In this document: positions 49,928 to 58,721 of the stretch, piece by piece
Numbering within the stretch: position 1 is the first letter of the stretch
Layout: each line of letters begins with the position of its first letter
Assembly: GCA_963764165.1 (NCBI GenBank)
Contig: CAVXRD010000003.1
Span: 96,001-160,000 of the forward strand
Length of the DNA stretch: 64,000 nt
Source: an uncultured Verrucomicrobiae bacterium
GTDB lineage: Bacteria > Verrucomicrobiota > Verrucomicrobiia > Limisphaerales > Palsa-1400
Direction: 5' to 3'
Program-made: the position numbers and the translations under genes
The notes under the pieces: generated by a model
What the model was told of the DNA's origin: nothing
Databases searched by the model: none
What the model saw: only the letters and a program-made list of their open reading frames with translations

Positions 49928-50644
49928 TCACGAATTTTTGGCCCGCTTTCCGTTTGCCTCCCGCATGAGCGCCCATTGCAAATTCAACCAGGGGGTCGCC
50001 TCGCCGAGGCTTTGAAAATCCAGCGGCTTGACAATAAAGCAGTCCGCCCCGCGGCGCTTGCATTCCGCCATCTCGGGTCCCTCGTGCGATGCTGTCAAAA
50101 TAACAACAGGAATGTGCATGGTGCGCGGGTCGGCCTTGATGCGGCGCAGCACCTCAATGCCGTCGATCTTTGGCAGATCCAAATCCAGCAGTACAAGGAG
50201 CGGTTTGCTGGAAGGCATGCGGCGGGCGAAGCGCCCGGTGTAAAATAAATAATCCAGCGCATCCTTGCCGTCGCTGACGACCTGGATCGGGTTGGCCATT
50301 TTCGCTTTGCGGAATGCGCTGATCGTCAGTTCGGCATCCTCCGTGTTGTCCTCAACCATCAGTATATCCACGAACTCGGCTTGGTGCCCATTGCCATGGG
50401 AGCCGTTCTTGCGCTTGGGGCCGGCGTGGGGCGCCAGCAGCAAGTCCGCTATCGAGACACGCAGTGCTCCAGCGAGCTTTTCGATGCTCTTCAAGGTCAC
50501 GTTTCTCCCGCCGCCCTCGATTCCTGCGATGTAGGTGCGGTGCAATCCCGCGCGCTCTGCCAATTCCTCCTGCGACATTCCCAATTTATGCCGCAGAGTC
50601 CTGACGGAAGTACCGAATCCCGATATAATTTGCGATTCCAACAT
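49928..50644 (-). CDS. XRE-family HTH fused to a receiver domain
   Basis: SQEELAERAGLHRTYI..IE.G.RN; ILMVEDN, LLDLDLPKIDG, FIVKP. Confidence 0.88.
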   Translation of the reverse strand: MLESQIISGFGTSVRTLRHKLGMSQEELAERAGLHRTYIAGIEGGGRNVTLKSIEKLAGALRVSIADLLLAPHAGPKRKNGSHGNGHQAEFVDILMVEDNTEDAELTISAFRKAKMANPIQVVSDGKDALDYLFYTGRFARRMPSSKPLLVLLDLDLPKIDGIEVLRRIKADPRTMHIPVVILTASHEGPEMAECKRRGADCFIVKPLDFQSLGEATPWLNLQWALMREANGKRAKNS

Positions 50645-51026
50645 TAAAGCTTGGTTGAGAATCTTAAAAGACCGGCCATTCGACAACAGACTACGAGTAA
50701 CAATTTACATTTTCCTGAAATGCGTCACTCATAGGCTGCATTCCCCGGGCTGCAACGCTGGAAAGTTTCCCGGATTCCCGCAAAAAAACGCGGCCCAAAA
50801 TCACGAATTATTGCGGTGGTCGCCGTTAAAGCATCACATGCCTTTCAACATTGTCAATTAGTGAAAAACCTGAACGCGCGCGCAGTTTTGCAAGGGCGTC
50901 GCCCCCCCTGCGGCACCATAGGGCCGCGTCGCGGCCGAATATTTGCGCGTAAAAGAGAGGGGATGCATGATAAAGTGGTAATGGTATTGACTAAGTTTCT
51001 GGCCTGCTTTGATAGGGTGCATTTTG

Positions 51027-51344
51027 CTACTGAGTTTCACCCGGGAGGGCTGCGGCCACCCGGCGCAAGTAATCGAAGGAGAAAATTCCCGAACTGTGGC
51101 CGTCAGCCCATACGGGCTTCAGGCCGTAACCGCCGACAGACTCAATTCGCGCCAGTTGAAACGACCGGGCCGGGAGCGGGTTGTCCGGGCCTTTATGGAG
51201 GTTCCCCATGATGTCGCGCTCGCCCATGCAGCCTGCGCACGGACAGGCCCGGCGCAAGGCCTCAAGCGGGATAAAGCTTTCAGAATTGTCGTCCCACTTG
51301 ACCGCTAGCTCCCCGCCGATTTGCTGGATGTCGATGGGGTTCAA
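51027..51344 (-). CDS. DUF971 / gamma-butyrobetaine hydroxylase N-terminal-like protein
   Basis: LRRACPCAGC, VGGYGL...WADGHSSGIFSFDYL. Confidence 0.85.
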   Translation of the reverse strand: MNPIDIQQIGGELAVKWDDNSESFIPLEALRRACPCAGCMGERDIMGNLHKGPDNPLPARSFQLARIESVGGYGLKPVWADGHSSGIFSFDYLRRVAAALPGETQ

Positions 51345-51351
51345 AAGGAGT

Positions 51352-53265
51352 TTAGTTGTGCTGCAGCCATGCGTGGATGTTGGTGGCTTGCGCGTTTTTG
51401 GGATCGATCTGCATGGCTTCGAGATATTGTTCGCGGGCCAGCTTCGGCTGGTCCAGCCGCTCGGCGTAGAGATTTCCCAGGAGCAGGTGGCCTCGAATAT
51501 CACTCGGATGTTCCGCCACCAATTTGCCGAGCTCATGCACGGCATCCTCCACATAGCCGCGTTTTTGCAGCACCCACGCAAAGGCGTATCTCGCGTCCGC
51601 CGAGTCCGCTTTCAAGTTGGAGGCGTGGTAAAGTTCCACCAGCGCCCCCTTGTAATCGCGAGCATCCACGAGAGCCAGGCCGAGGCCATAAGAAGCGTCG
51701 TAAGAGCTGGGGTCGGCGGCGACGGCGTCGCGGTAGGCTTGGACCGATTGCAGAACATCGCCCAGTTGCCGCGCGCGAATGGCCTCTGCAATGAGCCGAT
51801 GGGCCTGGGCGCGGTCTCCGGGAATCGGCGTGATTGGCGGCGGATAATCGAAGTGGGATCCCGCCGGGGCGGGAGGCGGTTCGTCCGCATCAGGCGCGGG
51901 CGCACTCATTTTTTCGCCCGGTTTCGGTTTTCCGGAAAACCAATTTGCCGGGTTGAGCCGCTGCGCGATGGATTTGCGCGAGACGTGATTCGTGTCGGAA
52001 ACCACCGGCGCCGGAATTCCGCCCGGGCTATTGACTGCCAAGTCGGCGCTAGGCGCGGAATTACTGACGGCCGGCGCGGTCGCCATGGGAGGAGATGCCT
52101 GCGGTCGGACGGGTGGTGTTTCAGTTGAAGCAGGAGCCGGGGCTTGCGCCAGCGGTTGGGCCGGTGGCGGCTTTTCCAGCTGGTCCGGAACGACGATCGT
52201 TTGAATCGGGGGATTCGGCTGAGTCACCTCTGTTTGTGGCGGCGGCGATGGCCGTGTGATTGGCCTTGCTGACTGCGGCAAGGGATTTGCCGCCGGTGGC
52301 GTGGGCGAGGGAACGACAGATTGAGCCGGCGGAGCAATAATGGCCTGCTCGCTGGCAATTTGTTTGACAGTACTTTGCGGCGGAGGATTCGAGCGAACCA
52401 CCGGTGCCGGGGCCGCTCGAGCTGCGGTCTTCGACGGAGTAATGGAGATTTTCATGCTCACATCGAGGTCTTTCGCAATGGTGGCGACTTCCCTGGCATG
52501 CGGAGGGGGCGGGGTGATGGCCAGATAATCGCGATAAAGGCGCAGCGCCTGGGTCGGATTGTTCAAATAGGTTTGCGACACGATCGCGAGATTAAGCAAA
52601 GCGGCGTGATAATTTGTGTCGCGGCTGAGCGCAAGGCCGAAGTTGGTCGCGGCGGCCACGCTGAAATTCGGGCCCGGCGAGCGCCTTAAAATGTCGATGA
52701 TGCCAATGGCGTTGGCCGAGTCCGGCGTTCCCCCGAGCTTTTCGGCCGTTTCGAATTCCTTGCGAGCGGCATCGAGAAAGCGGGGCTTCTCCGCCGCCGG
52801 CCGCTCGTAACTGGAACGCAGCAGAATCAATCCGCGCTGGATGTAACCTTGCGCATCCTTCGGACGAAGCATCGTGTAGGTGGTGAAGGAATCGTCCGCG
52901 GCGCGGAGATCTCCCTGGCGCATGCGCAGACAGCCAAGATTGTAGTAGACAGAGGCATTATGCCGATCGAGCCGTTGGGCCTTGACGAAAGCCAGGCTGG
53001 CGGCGTCCAATTTGCCGTCGCACGTGTAAGCCAGGCCAAGCAGGTTCCACGCTTTTGCCTGCGTCGCCACGGGGACATCGTTCATCACACGGAGCGCTTC
53101 GCGCGCCTGACCCGCGGCCTCGGCGTACCGTCCAGCTTGAATATCCGCTTCGGCCTCGTGCAACTCGCGCCCGCCCGGCGGCCCGCAAGCCGTCAGCAGC
53201 AACACGGCGGCGGCAGCGACGACAATAGCGCTGGAGAATCGGCACCGTTTTTTTGTCGTCATCAT
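51352..53265 (-). CDS. TPR lipoprotein with Pro-rich linker
   Basis: lipobox LTAC, TPRs (AWNLLG, YYNLG), long Pro/Ala/Ser/Thr region. Confidence 0.8.
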   Translation of the reverse strand: MMTTKKRCRFSSAIVVAAAAVLLLTACGPPGGRELHEAEADIQAGRYAEAAGQAREALRVMNDVPVATQAKAWNLLGLAYTCDGKLDAASLAFVKAQRLDRHNASVYYNLGCLRMRQGDLRAADDSFTTYTMLRPKDAQGYIQRGLILLRSSYERPAAEKPRFLDAARKEFETAEKLGGTPDSANAIGIIDILRRSPGPNFSVAAATNFGLALSRDTNYHAALLNLAIVSQTYLNNPTQALRLYRDYLAITPPPPHAREVATIAKDLDVSMKISITPSKTAARAAPAPVVRSNPPPQSTVKQIASEQAIIAPPAQSVVPSPTPPAANPLPQSARPITRPSPPPQTEVTQPNPPIQTIVVPDQLEKPPPAQPLAQAPAPASTETPPVRPQASPPMATAPAVSNSAPSADLAVNSPGGIPAPVVSDTNHVSRKSIAQRLNPANWFSGKPKPGEKMSAPAPDADEPPPAPAGSHFDYPPPITPIPGDRAQAHRLIAEAIRARQLGDVLQSVQAYRDAVAADPSSYDASYGLGLALVDARDYKGALVELYHASNLKADSADARYAFAWVLQKRGYVEDAVHELGKLVAEHPSDIRGHLLLGNLYAERLDQPKLAREQYLEAMQIDPKNAQATNIHAWLQHN

Positions 53266-53295
53266 GGGGGAGGGTGGTAGCATCCGCCGCATAAG

Positions 53296-54366
53296 GTGTC
53301 AAGATACGCCCAATCAAAGACAGAGAAAAGCGCCACCCGAATTTTGCTCGGCGGCCTGATTTTTCTCTGGACCGCGTGCGCGATGGCTCAAACGCCGGAA
53401 TCGCCGACTGCCGACCAACCCGCCAAGGCCAGGGTCGTCCAGGTGGAGCGGCCGGGCGCCACCTCCGCGTTCGAGGCCCAGCCGGCCATTGTGGATGACA
53501 TGGTACGGCGCGGAATGCTGAAGTGGACGGGCAAGCCGGATTTGAAAGCAGCCTGGCTCTCGGTGGTTTCCAATACCGACGTGGTCGGTCTGAAAGTCTA
53601 CGTCGGACCTGGCTCCACCAGCGGAACGCGCCCCGCCGTGGTCGAGGCGGTAATCAAAGGACTCCTCGGAGCCGGACTGCCGGCCACCAACATTATTGTT
53701 TGGGATCAGCGTCTGTCGTTCTTGCGCGCTCCCGGTTACGCGGCGCTGGCGGATCATTATCATGTCCGTTTGGCCGGCAGCGCGGATTTCGGATACGATC
53801 CCACCGTCGCCTACACCAACAATCCGCTCCTCGGCAGCTTGTCGGCGGGCGATTTGGAATTCGACATGAATGGCACGACGTCCGGGCGCAATTCGTACGT
53901 GAGCAAACTGGTGACCTCCAACATGACGAAAATCATCAGCATCGCGCCGATTCTGAATCATAATCTGGCAGGCCTGTGCGGGCATCTTTACAGCGTATCG
54001 CTCGGCAGCGTGGACAATACCCTTCGCTTCGAGATGAGCGACCGGCGGCTTGCCCAGGCGGTGCCGGAGATTTACAATCTTCCCGCCTTGAGCGACCACG
54101 TTGCGCTCTGCATCACTGACGGTTTGATCGCGCAATATCAGGGCGAGCAGAAAAGCCTTTTGCATTACGCCACGGAATTCAACCAGATCTGGATCAGCAA
54201 CGATCCCGTGGCGCTGGATGTCCTTGCCATCGAGGAATTGGACCGCGAGCGGCTTATCAACAACATCGAATCGCGCCGCGATAATCCCGAGCTCTACCAG
54301 AACGCTGCTCTTCTCCAATTGGGAGTGGGCACGGTCGAGAGGATCAAGCTGGAAATCGTGAAGTGA
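53296..54366 (+). CDS. exported DUF362-like protein (start uncertain)
   Basis: DVVGLKV, T.PAVVEAVI.GL, IIVWD, DPVALD. Confidence 0.7.
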   Translation: MSRYAQSKTEKSATRILLGGLIFLWTACAMAQTPESPTADQPAKARVVQVERPGATSAFEAQPAIVDDMVRRGMLKWTGKPDLKAAWLSVVSNTDVVGLKVYVGPGSTSGTRPAVVEAVIKGLLGAGLPATNIIVWDQRLSFLRAPGYAALADHYHVRLAGSADFGYDPTVAYTNNPLLGSLSAGDLEFDMNGTTSGRNSYVSKLVTSNMTKIISIAPILNHNLAGLCGHLYSVSLGSVDNTLRFEMSDRRLAQAVPEIYNLPALSDHVALCITDGLIAQYQGEQKSLLHYATEFNQIWISNDPVALDVLAIEELDRERLINNIESRRDNPELYQNAALLQLGVGTVERIKLEIVK

Positions 54367-54372
54367 CTCGGT

Positions 54373-56217
54373 GTGAAGGCTCTCCTGGCTCTGTTCTGCA
54401 TGCTTGGTTTTTTTCCGCGGACAATGGCGGGCGAGCCGGTCTGCATTTTCGATTTGACGCCCTTGCGGAAGGCCAATTTCCAGGACGAACGCGAGCGCCG
54501 GAATTACTGGGACGAACTGCAATTGGCCACCGCGCTGCAAGGGCTCGTCAATCGCGATCACGCAAATCTCTTCGTGCGCTATCTTGATGAGGACGATTTT
54601 TGGTGGACCGAGATGCAAAAACCGCCCTCGTGGCTTGAGAACCGCGAACTCGTTAAAATTCCAACCCTCGACGACTTGCTCCGTCAATTTCGCAATGCTT
54701 ACAAAGGCATTGTGATTTGGGACGAGCGCGTTCCCGCCTCGGCAAACATCGCTGCCAGCGTGGCTGGAATGGATAATTTGCTGCCGGTGCGGTTTGATCC
54801 CGGAAGTAATTCTCTTTACAGCCGTTTGATCGCGGCGAACACCCATGCGGATTTCGTCCGTTTCAAACTTCCAGAATTCACCGGAGCCGGAATGATTCCC
54901 GGAACGCAAATTCCGTCCACCGGAAGCGCGAAGTGCGATGCCTATCGCTGGCTGATCGAAACCCGCGTCAAAACGGACAAGGCCAATCCGCTTTGCATGG
55001 GTTACTGCCTGGATGCGTTTTGGTTCAAGTGCTGGCGGGCCAGCTCGCCGGAAAATAACGCAGTTTGCAATGAGGATTATATGATCTCTCGACGCGGCGT
55101 CATCTTCGACCTCGACATTTGGGATGATGAAGCGCCGGTGGATGATCCCGGCCAGAAGCCCGGCACGGACGCAGCGACCTTGAAGGAAATTCTGCGCGCC
55201 GCTTACAACCGAGTCCAAGGAAATGCTATTATTGACGTAATTGGTTTTGTGCCGTGGGCTTACAAATACACCAAGCACCGTTCGCCCGAATGGTTCGCGG
55301 GCGGCGCGCATGAGGAAGTAGCCAGCGAATGGCGCTGCTCGGAGATCCTCTCCTGCTTCAATGCCTGCGTGGACGCCGACGCGCTCGCCTTGAACGCAAT
55401 GCCGAACGCGTCCTTTTACCAGCATTTCCCACTGACAAATAAATATTGGCAGAATCCAAAACCGACCGCCGAAACGTTGCGCAGCGAGGGATTCATTGGC
55501 GCAAACGGCCAAATTGCCGCGAAGACATTTGTCGGATTTTACGTCGGTGATTACGACTCGGCGGCGTGGCTCTATCACGAGTTGCCCAAATTGTGGAGCG
55601 ATCCGGAGCGGGGTAAAGTTCCGCTGACGTGGTGCTTTAATCCCAATCTTGCCCAGCGATTTCCCGTCGCGCTGGCATGGACGCGCCAAACCCGCACCAC
55701 CAACGATTGGTTCGCCGCCGGGGATTCGGGGGCCGGTTATCTGAATCCCGGTTTCCTGACGCCGCCCCGTCCATGGTCGAGTTTGCCAAGCGGGCTGGAC
55801 GCTTGGTCGCAACGCTGCTCAAAGTTTTACCAACAATGGGACATTACGCTGACTGGCTTCATCATTAACGGATTCGCCCGCGGGCTTTCGGCAGAGGGAT
55901 TGGACGCTTACGCGCGCTTTTCACCTGATGGAATCATCACGCAAGGCGGGAAAAAATCGATCCATGGCGGGATGCCGATTCTGGCAATGGCCTCGGACGT
56001 AACCGAAAACGATCCGGCCGAGGCCGCCCGCCATATTCTGAATTTGGCTCAGGGAGAAGGCCCCCATTTTCTCGCCTGCCGCACGATTTTGAAATCGCCG
56101 GCGTGGCATTTGAAAGTGGCGCAGGAATTGCACCATCTGCGCGGGAACGCGGTTCAAGTAATCGATCTTTGCACGCTGCTTCAACTGGTCAAGGAATCGG
56201 AATCAAAACGCCCTTAG
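54373..56217 (+). CDS. GxGYxYP-domain putative glycoside hydrolase
   Basis: LQGLVNR, GDYDS, DSGAGYLNP. Confidence 0.75.
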   Translation: MKALLALFCMLGFFPRTMAGEPVCIFDLTPLRKANFQDERERRNYWDELQLATALQGLVNRDHANLFVRYLDEDDFWWTEMQKPPSWLENRELVKIPTLDDLLRQFRNAYKGIVIWDERVPASANIAASVAGMDNLLPVRFDPGSNSLYSRLIAANTHADFVRFKLPEFTGAGMIPGTQIPSTGSAKCDAYRWLIETRVKTDKANPLCMGYCLDAFWFKCWRASSPENNAVCNEDYMISRRGVIFDLDIWDDEAPVDDPGQKPGTDAATLKEILRAAYNRVQGNAIIDVIGFVPWAYKYTKHRSPEWFAGGAHEEVASEWRCSEILSCFNACVDADALALNAMPNASFYQHFPLTNKYWQNPKPTAETLRSEGFIGANGQIAAKTFVGFYVGDYDSAAWLYHELPKLWSDPERGKVPLTWCFNPNLAQRFPVALAWTRQTRTTNDWFAAGDSGAGYLNPGFLTPPRPWSSLPSGLDAWSQRCSKFYQQWDITLTGFIINGFARGLSAEGLDAYARFSPDGIITQGGKKSIHGGMPILAMASDVTENDPAEAARHILNLAQGEGPHFLACRTILKSPAWHLKVAQELHHLRGNAVQVIDLCTLLQLVKESESKRP

Positions 56218-56409
56218 CCGGAACAATTCAGTTGCTTTGGGGGAGCGCGGTCGCCTCGACCGCAGTTTTCGGCGTCCCGCCGAAAACTCTTCGCGCAAGG
56301 TCACTTCACCAAACGGTGATCGCAAGAGATCTGCGGAACTGTCCGGCGAGACGCCGGCCAGAGCGACCGAGACGGTCGCGCTCCCCAAATCCAACTGCAT
56401 CATTCCGGC
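56217..56409. mobile_element. MITE-like element (193 bp) with long imperfect TIRs and TTA flanks
   Basis: tta|gccggaacaattcagttg...caactgcatcattccggc|tta; inner GGGGAGCGCG/CGCGCTCCCC arms. Confidence 0.65.
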
Positions 56410-56436
56410 TTAGAGGTTGTAATTGAAAGTGGGCAA

Positions 56437-56534
56437 GGCAGGGACGCCTCGCCGAGGCGTCCGAGGCCGTGGTGTTTTTCGAACGCGTTCGGAATTGTGA
56501 GAGTCCCCGGACGCCTCGGCGAGGCGTCCCTACC
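56437..56534. repeat. REPIN, inverted copy of 39237-39334
   Basis: same REP arms and nearly the same spacer (gaacgcgttcgaaaaa) in reverse orientation. Confidence 0.92.
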
Positions 56535-56591
56535 TCGCTTCGCGACCCACTTCTCACCTGCTTTCAATCGCACGCGTCTGGAGGGGGAAAC

Positions 56592-58649
56592 TCAAAACTT
56601 CGCGGTGCCTGCGATTCCAAATATCGTTGGATCGCCGGTCTGAAGCGCGAGGCCGGAATAGGCCAGATTTTGCGCGCCGGTGTAATAATGCGTGTCGAGA
56701 ATATTTTTGGCGTAGGCATAAATCTGAAAGTGTTTTCCTTCGTAGCCTGCCTGGGCGTTCAGTAGAAAGTAAGCATCCTGCCTTGATTGGGCGGCGGCGC
56801 TGTTTGGATCGTCCAAGTAAAATCGTCCCACCGCAATCACCTCCCCATGCACATACAGATGCCACCACGGAAGGCGGTAGCGCGCTGACCCGCTGGCGGT
56901 GAATTCCGGCACGAAACTTACGGGCTCGCCGGTGATGTTAAAATAATTTCCGTTGGTGGTGTAGCGGGCGCCGGTGAGGCCGCCAACAGCGGAGAGATCG
57001 AGGTCCTTGACCGGTCGGTATGTCAACTCCAATTCGGCGCCAAATAATTTCGCTCTCGGCGCATTTCCAATGGAAGGAATCGTCGATGAAAGCGCCGGGG
57101 CGGGGACGGTGGATTCGACAGGGAAACTATAAGTCTGATAATCGTCGGCCATCGTGTAGAAAAGCGCCGCGTTGGCTGACAATTTATCGCCAAGCCACCG
57201 GGATTTTGCGCCGAGTTCAAATTGCCAGTCGCGTTCCAAGCCATACTCAGCTCCATTATATGGATCAAAGCCACCGCTTTGGTGGCCCGTCGTGACCGAG
57301 CCGTAAATTTCTATTTTCGGCGTAAAACGATAGGTCATTCCAAGCTTTGGCTGCGCGGACGCAAATTGATCCTGAAATGCGCCGCCGCCTTCAACCCGCA
57401 CGTAGCGGAAATCGTCACTAAGCCGAATGCCGGCTGTGGTGTCGAATTTGTCTCCCATCGTCAACGTTGCTTGGGCGTACAAGGCGAACGTGTAACTCGT
57501 CAATTCGGCATAATTGTAGACATACGAACTGGGTGGCGCCAAGGGCGACGAAAAGACGCTTCCGTCATCAAGGTCGTTGTCGGAAAAGTATCCGCCGATA
57601 ACCCATTTCCAATGCGACGTTGTGTCCGCCGAACGCACGCGCAATTCCTCCGTCCACGCCGATTGTTGTGGCCTCGTGGCAAAGGTGGTCGAGGCAGGAT
57701 CATAAATCGATTCGGGAACCGGCTGCACCGAGTTTTGATCCCAAGTGCGGTGCGTCGCCACGGAAGTGACAATGACTGATGATCCGGCGTATCCGATTTT
57801 CAGAGCCTGATCGAGGAGATGAGTGTCAACATAACTTTTCGAGGATCTGCTCACGCTAAACGCGGATGAATCGACACCGGGCCAGTAGGTGGGGGCAAAC
57901 CCATCGTTGTCCTGTCCGGCGTCGGCCATCAGCGTGATGTTCCAAGGCGCGCTTGGGCTCCAGCGGAGCGTGCCGCGAATGCCCATCGTGTTTTCAAAAT
58001 CCGTCCGCTTATGCTGCTCGTCGTCGTAAACGTAGCCAAGGCGGGTGTCATCCAATCCATTGAGCCCGAAATATAATTTGTTGGTGACAAGCGGCCCGCC
58101 GATGCCCGCAATGTATTGCTGCGCGTTGTAATTTCCGTAGCTGGCTCCCATGTAGCCATCCGTGCGGTCCACCGGCTGCGCCGTCGATATATCGATGACG
58201 CCACCGACGCCGCCCGCGCCATACATCGTCGCCTGGCTGCCGCGGACAAATTCGATCCCGCGAGCGTCGTAAAGCGCCAGCCCGCGCGAGAACATATCGA
58301 AGTAAGGCACATCATCCACGTAAAGCCCGACCACCGGTTCACCGAGGCCATAGCCAGTCTCGCGGAAGCCGCGAATCGAGAACATCGGCATGCGTTGATT
58401 CATTGAATCGAACACGCTGAAGTTTGGCGTCTGCGCCGTCAAATCGCGGACGGACGCAATTTCGCCAAGCTGCACTTCCTCGCCCGAAATTACGGTCACC
58501 GCGCTGCTGCTCGATTGTGGGACAGCCGTGACGGCATCGCCACTAATCGTGACGGGCGGGGCAGGGGCGGGCGGATTAAAATTCTGCCCCTCGGCGCTCA
58601 CGCCCAAAAGCAGCGCGGCCGCCGGAACAATTTTCACAATTTTCAGCAT
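56592..58649 (-). CDS. TonB-dependent receptor
   Basis: signal peptide, plug IRG..VGLYVDDVP..IEFVRGSQATMYG..GGVI, KNILD..Y, terminal F. Confidence 0.9.
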   Translation of the reverse strand: MLKIVKIVPAAALLLGVSAEGQNFNPPAPAPPVTISGDAVTAVPQSSSSAVTVISGEEVQLGEIASVRDLTAQTPNFSVFDSMNQRMPMFSIRGFRETGYGLGEPVVGLYVDDVPYFDMFSRGLALYDARGIEFVRGSQATMYGAGGVGGVIDISTAQPVDRTDGYMGASYGNYNAQQYIAGIGGPLVTNKLYFGLNGLDDTRLGYVYDDEQHKRTDFENTMGIRGTLRWSPSAPWNITLMADAGQDNDGFAPTYWPGVDSSAFSVSRSSKSYVDTHLLDQALKIGYAGSSVIVTSVATHRTWDQNSVQPVPESIYDPASTTFATRPQQSAWTEELRVRSADTTSHWKWVIGGYFSDNDLDDGSVFSSPLAPPSSYVYNYAELTSYTFALYAQATLTMGDKFDTTAGIRLSDDFRYVRVEGGGAFQDQFASAQPKLGMTYRFTPKIEIYGSVTTGHQSGGFDPYNGAEYGLERDWQFELGAKSRWLGDKLSANAALFYTMADDYQTYSFPVESTVPAPALSSTIPSIGNAPRAKLFGAELELTYRPVKDLDLSAVGGLTGARYTTNGNYFNITGEPVSFVPEFTASGSARYRLPWWHLYVHGEVIAVGRFYLDDPNSAAAQSRQDAYFLLNAQAGYEGKHFQIYAYAKNILDTHYYTGAQNLAYSGLALQTGDPTIFGIAGTAKF

Positions 58650-58721
58650 AACGTGCGAATCGAGGCGATGAAATCACCGTGACAAACAAACGCAAGCGCA
58701 ATCGCGGGGCAATTCTTTGCA

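Noticed and set aside
53314..55812. 832-aa minus-strand ORF
   Set aside because: Antisense to the well-supported DUF362-like and GxGYxYP genes.
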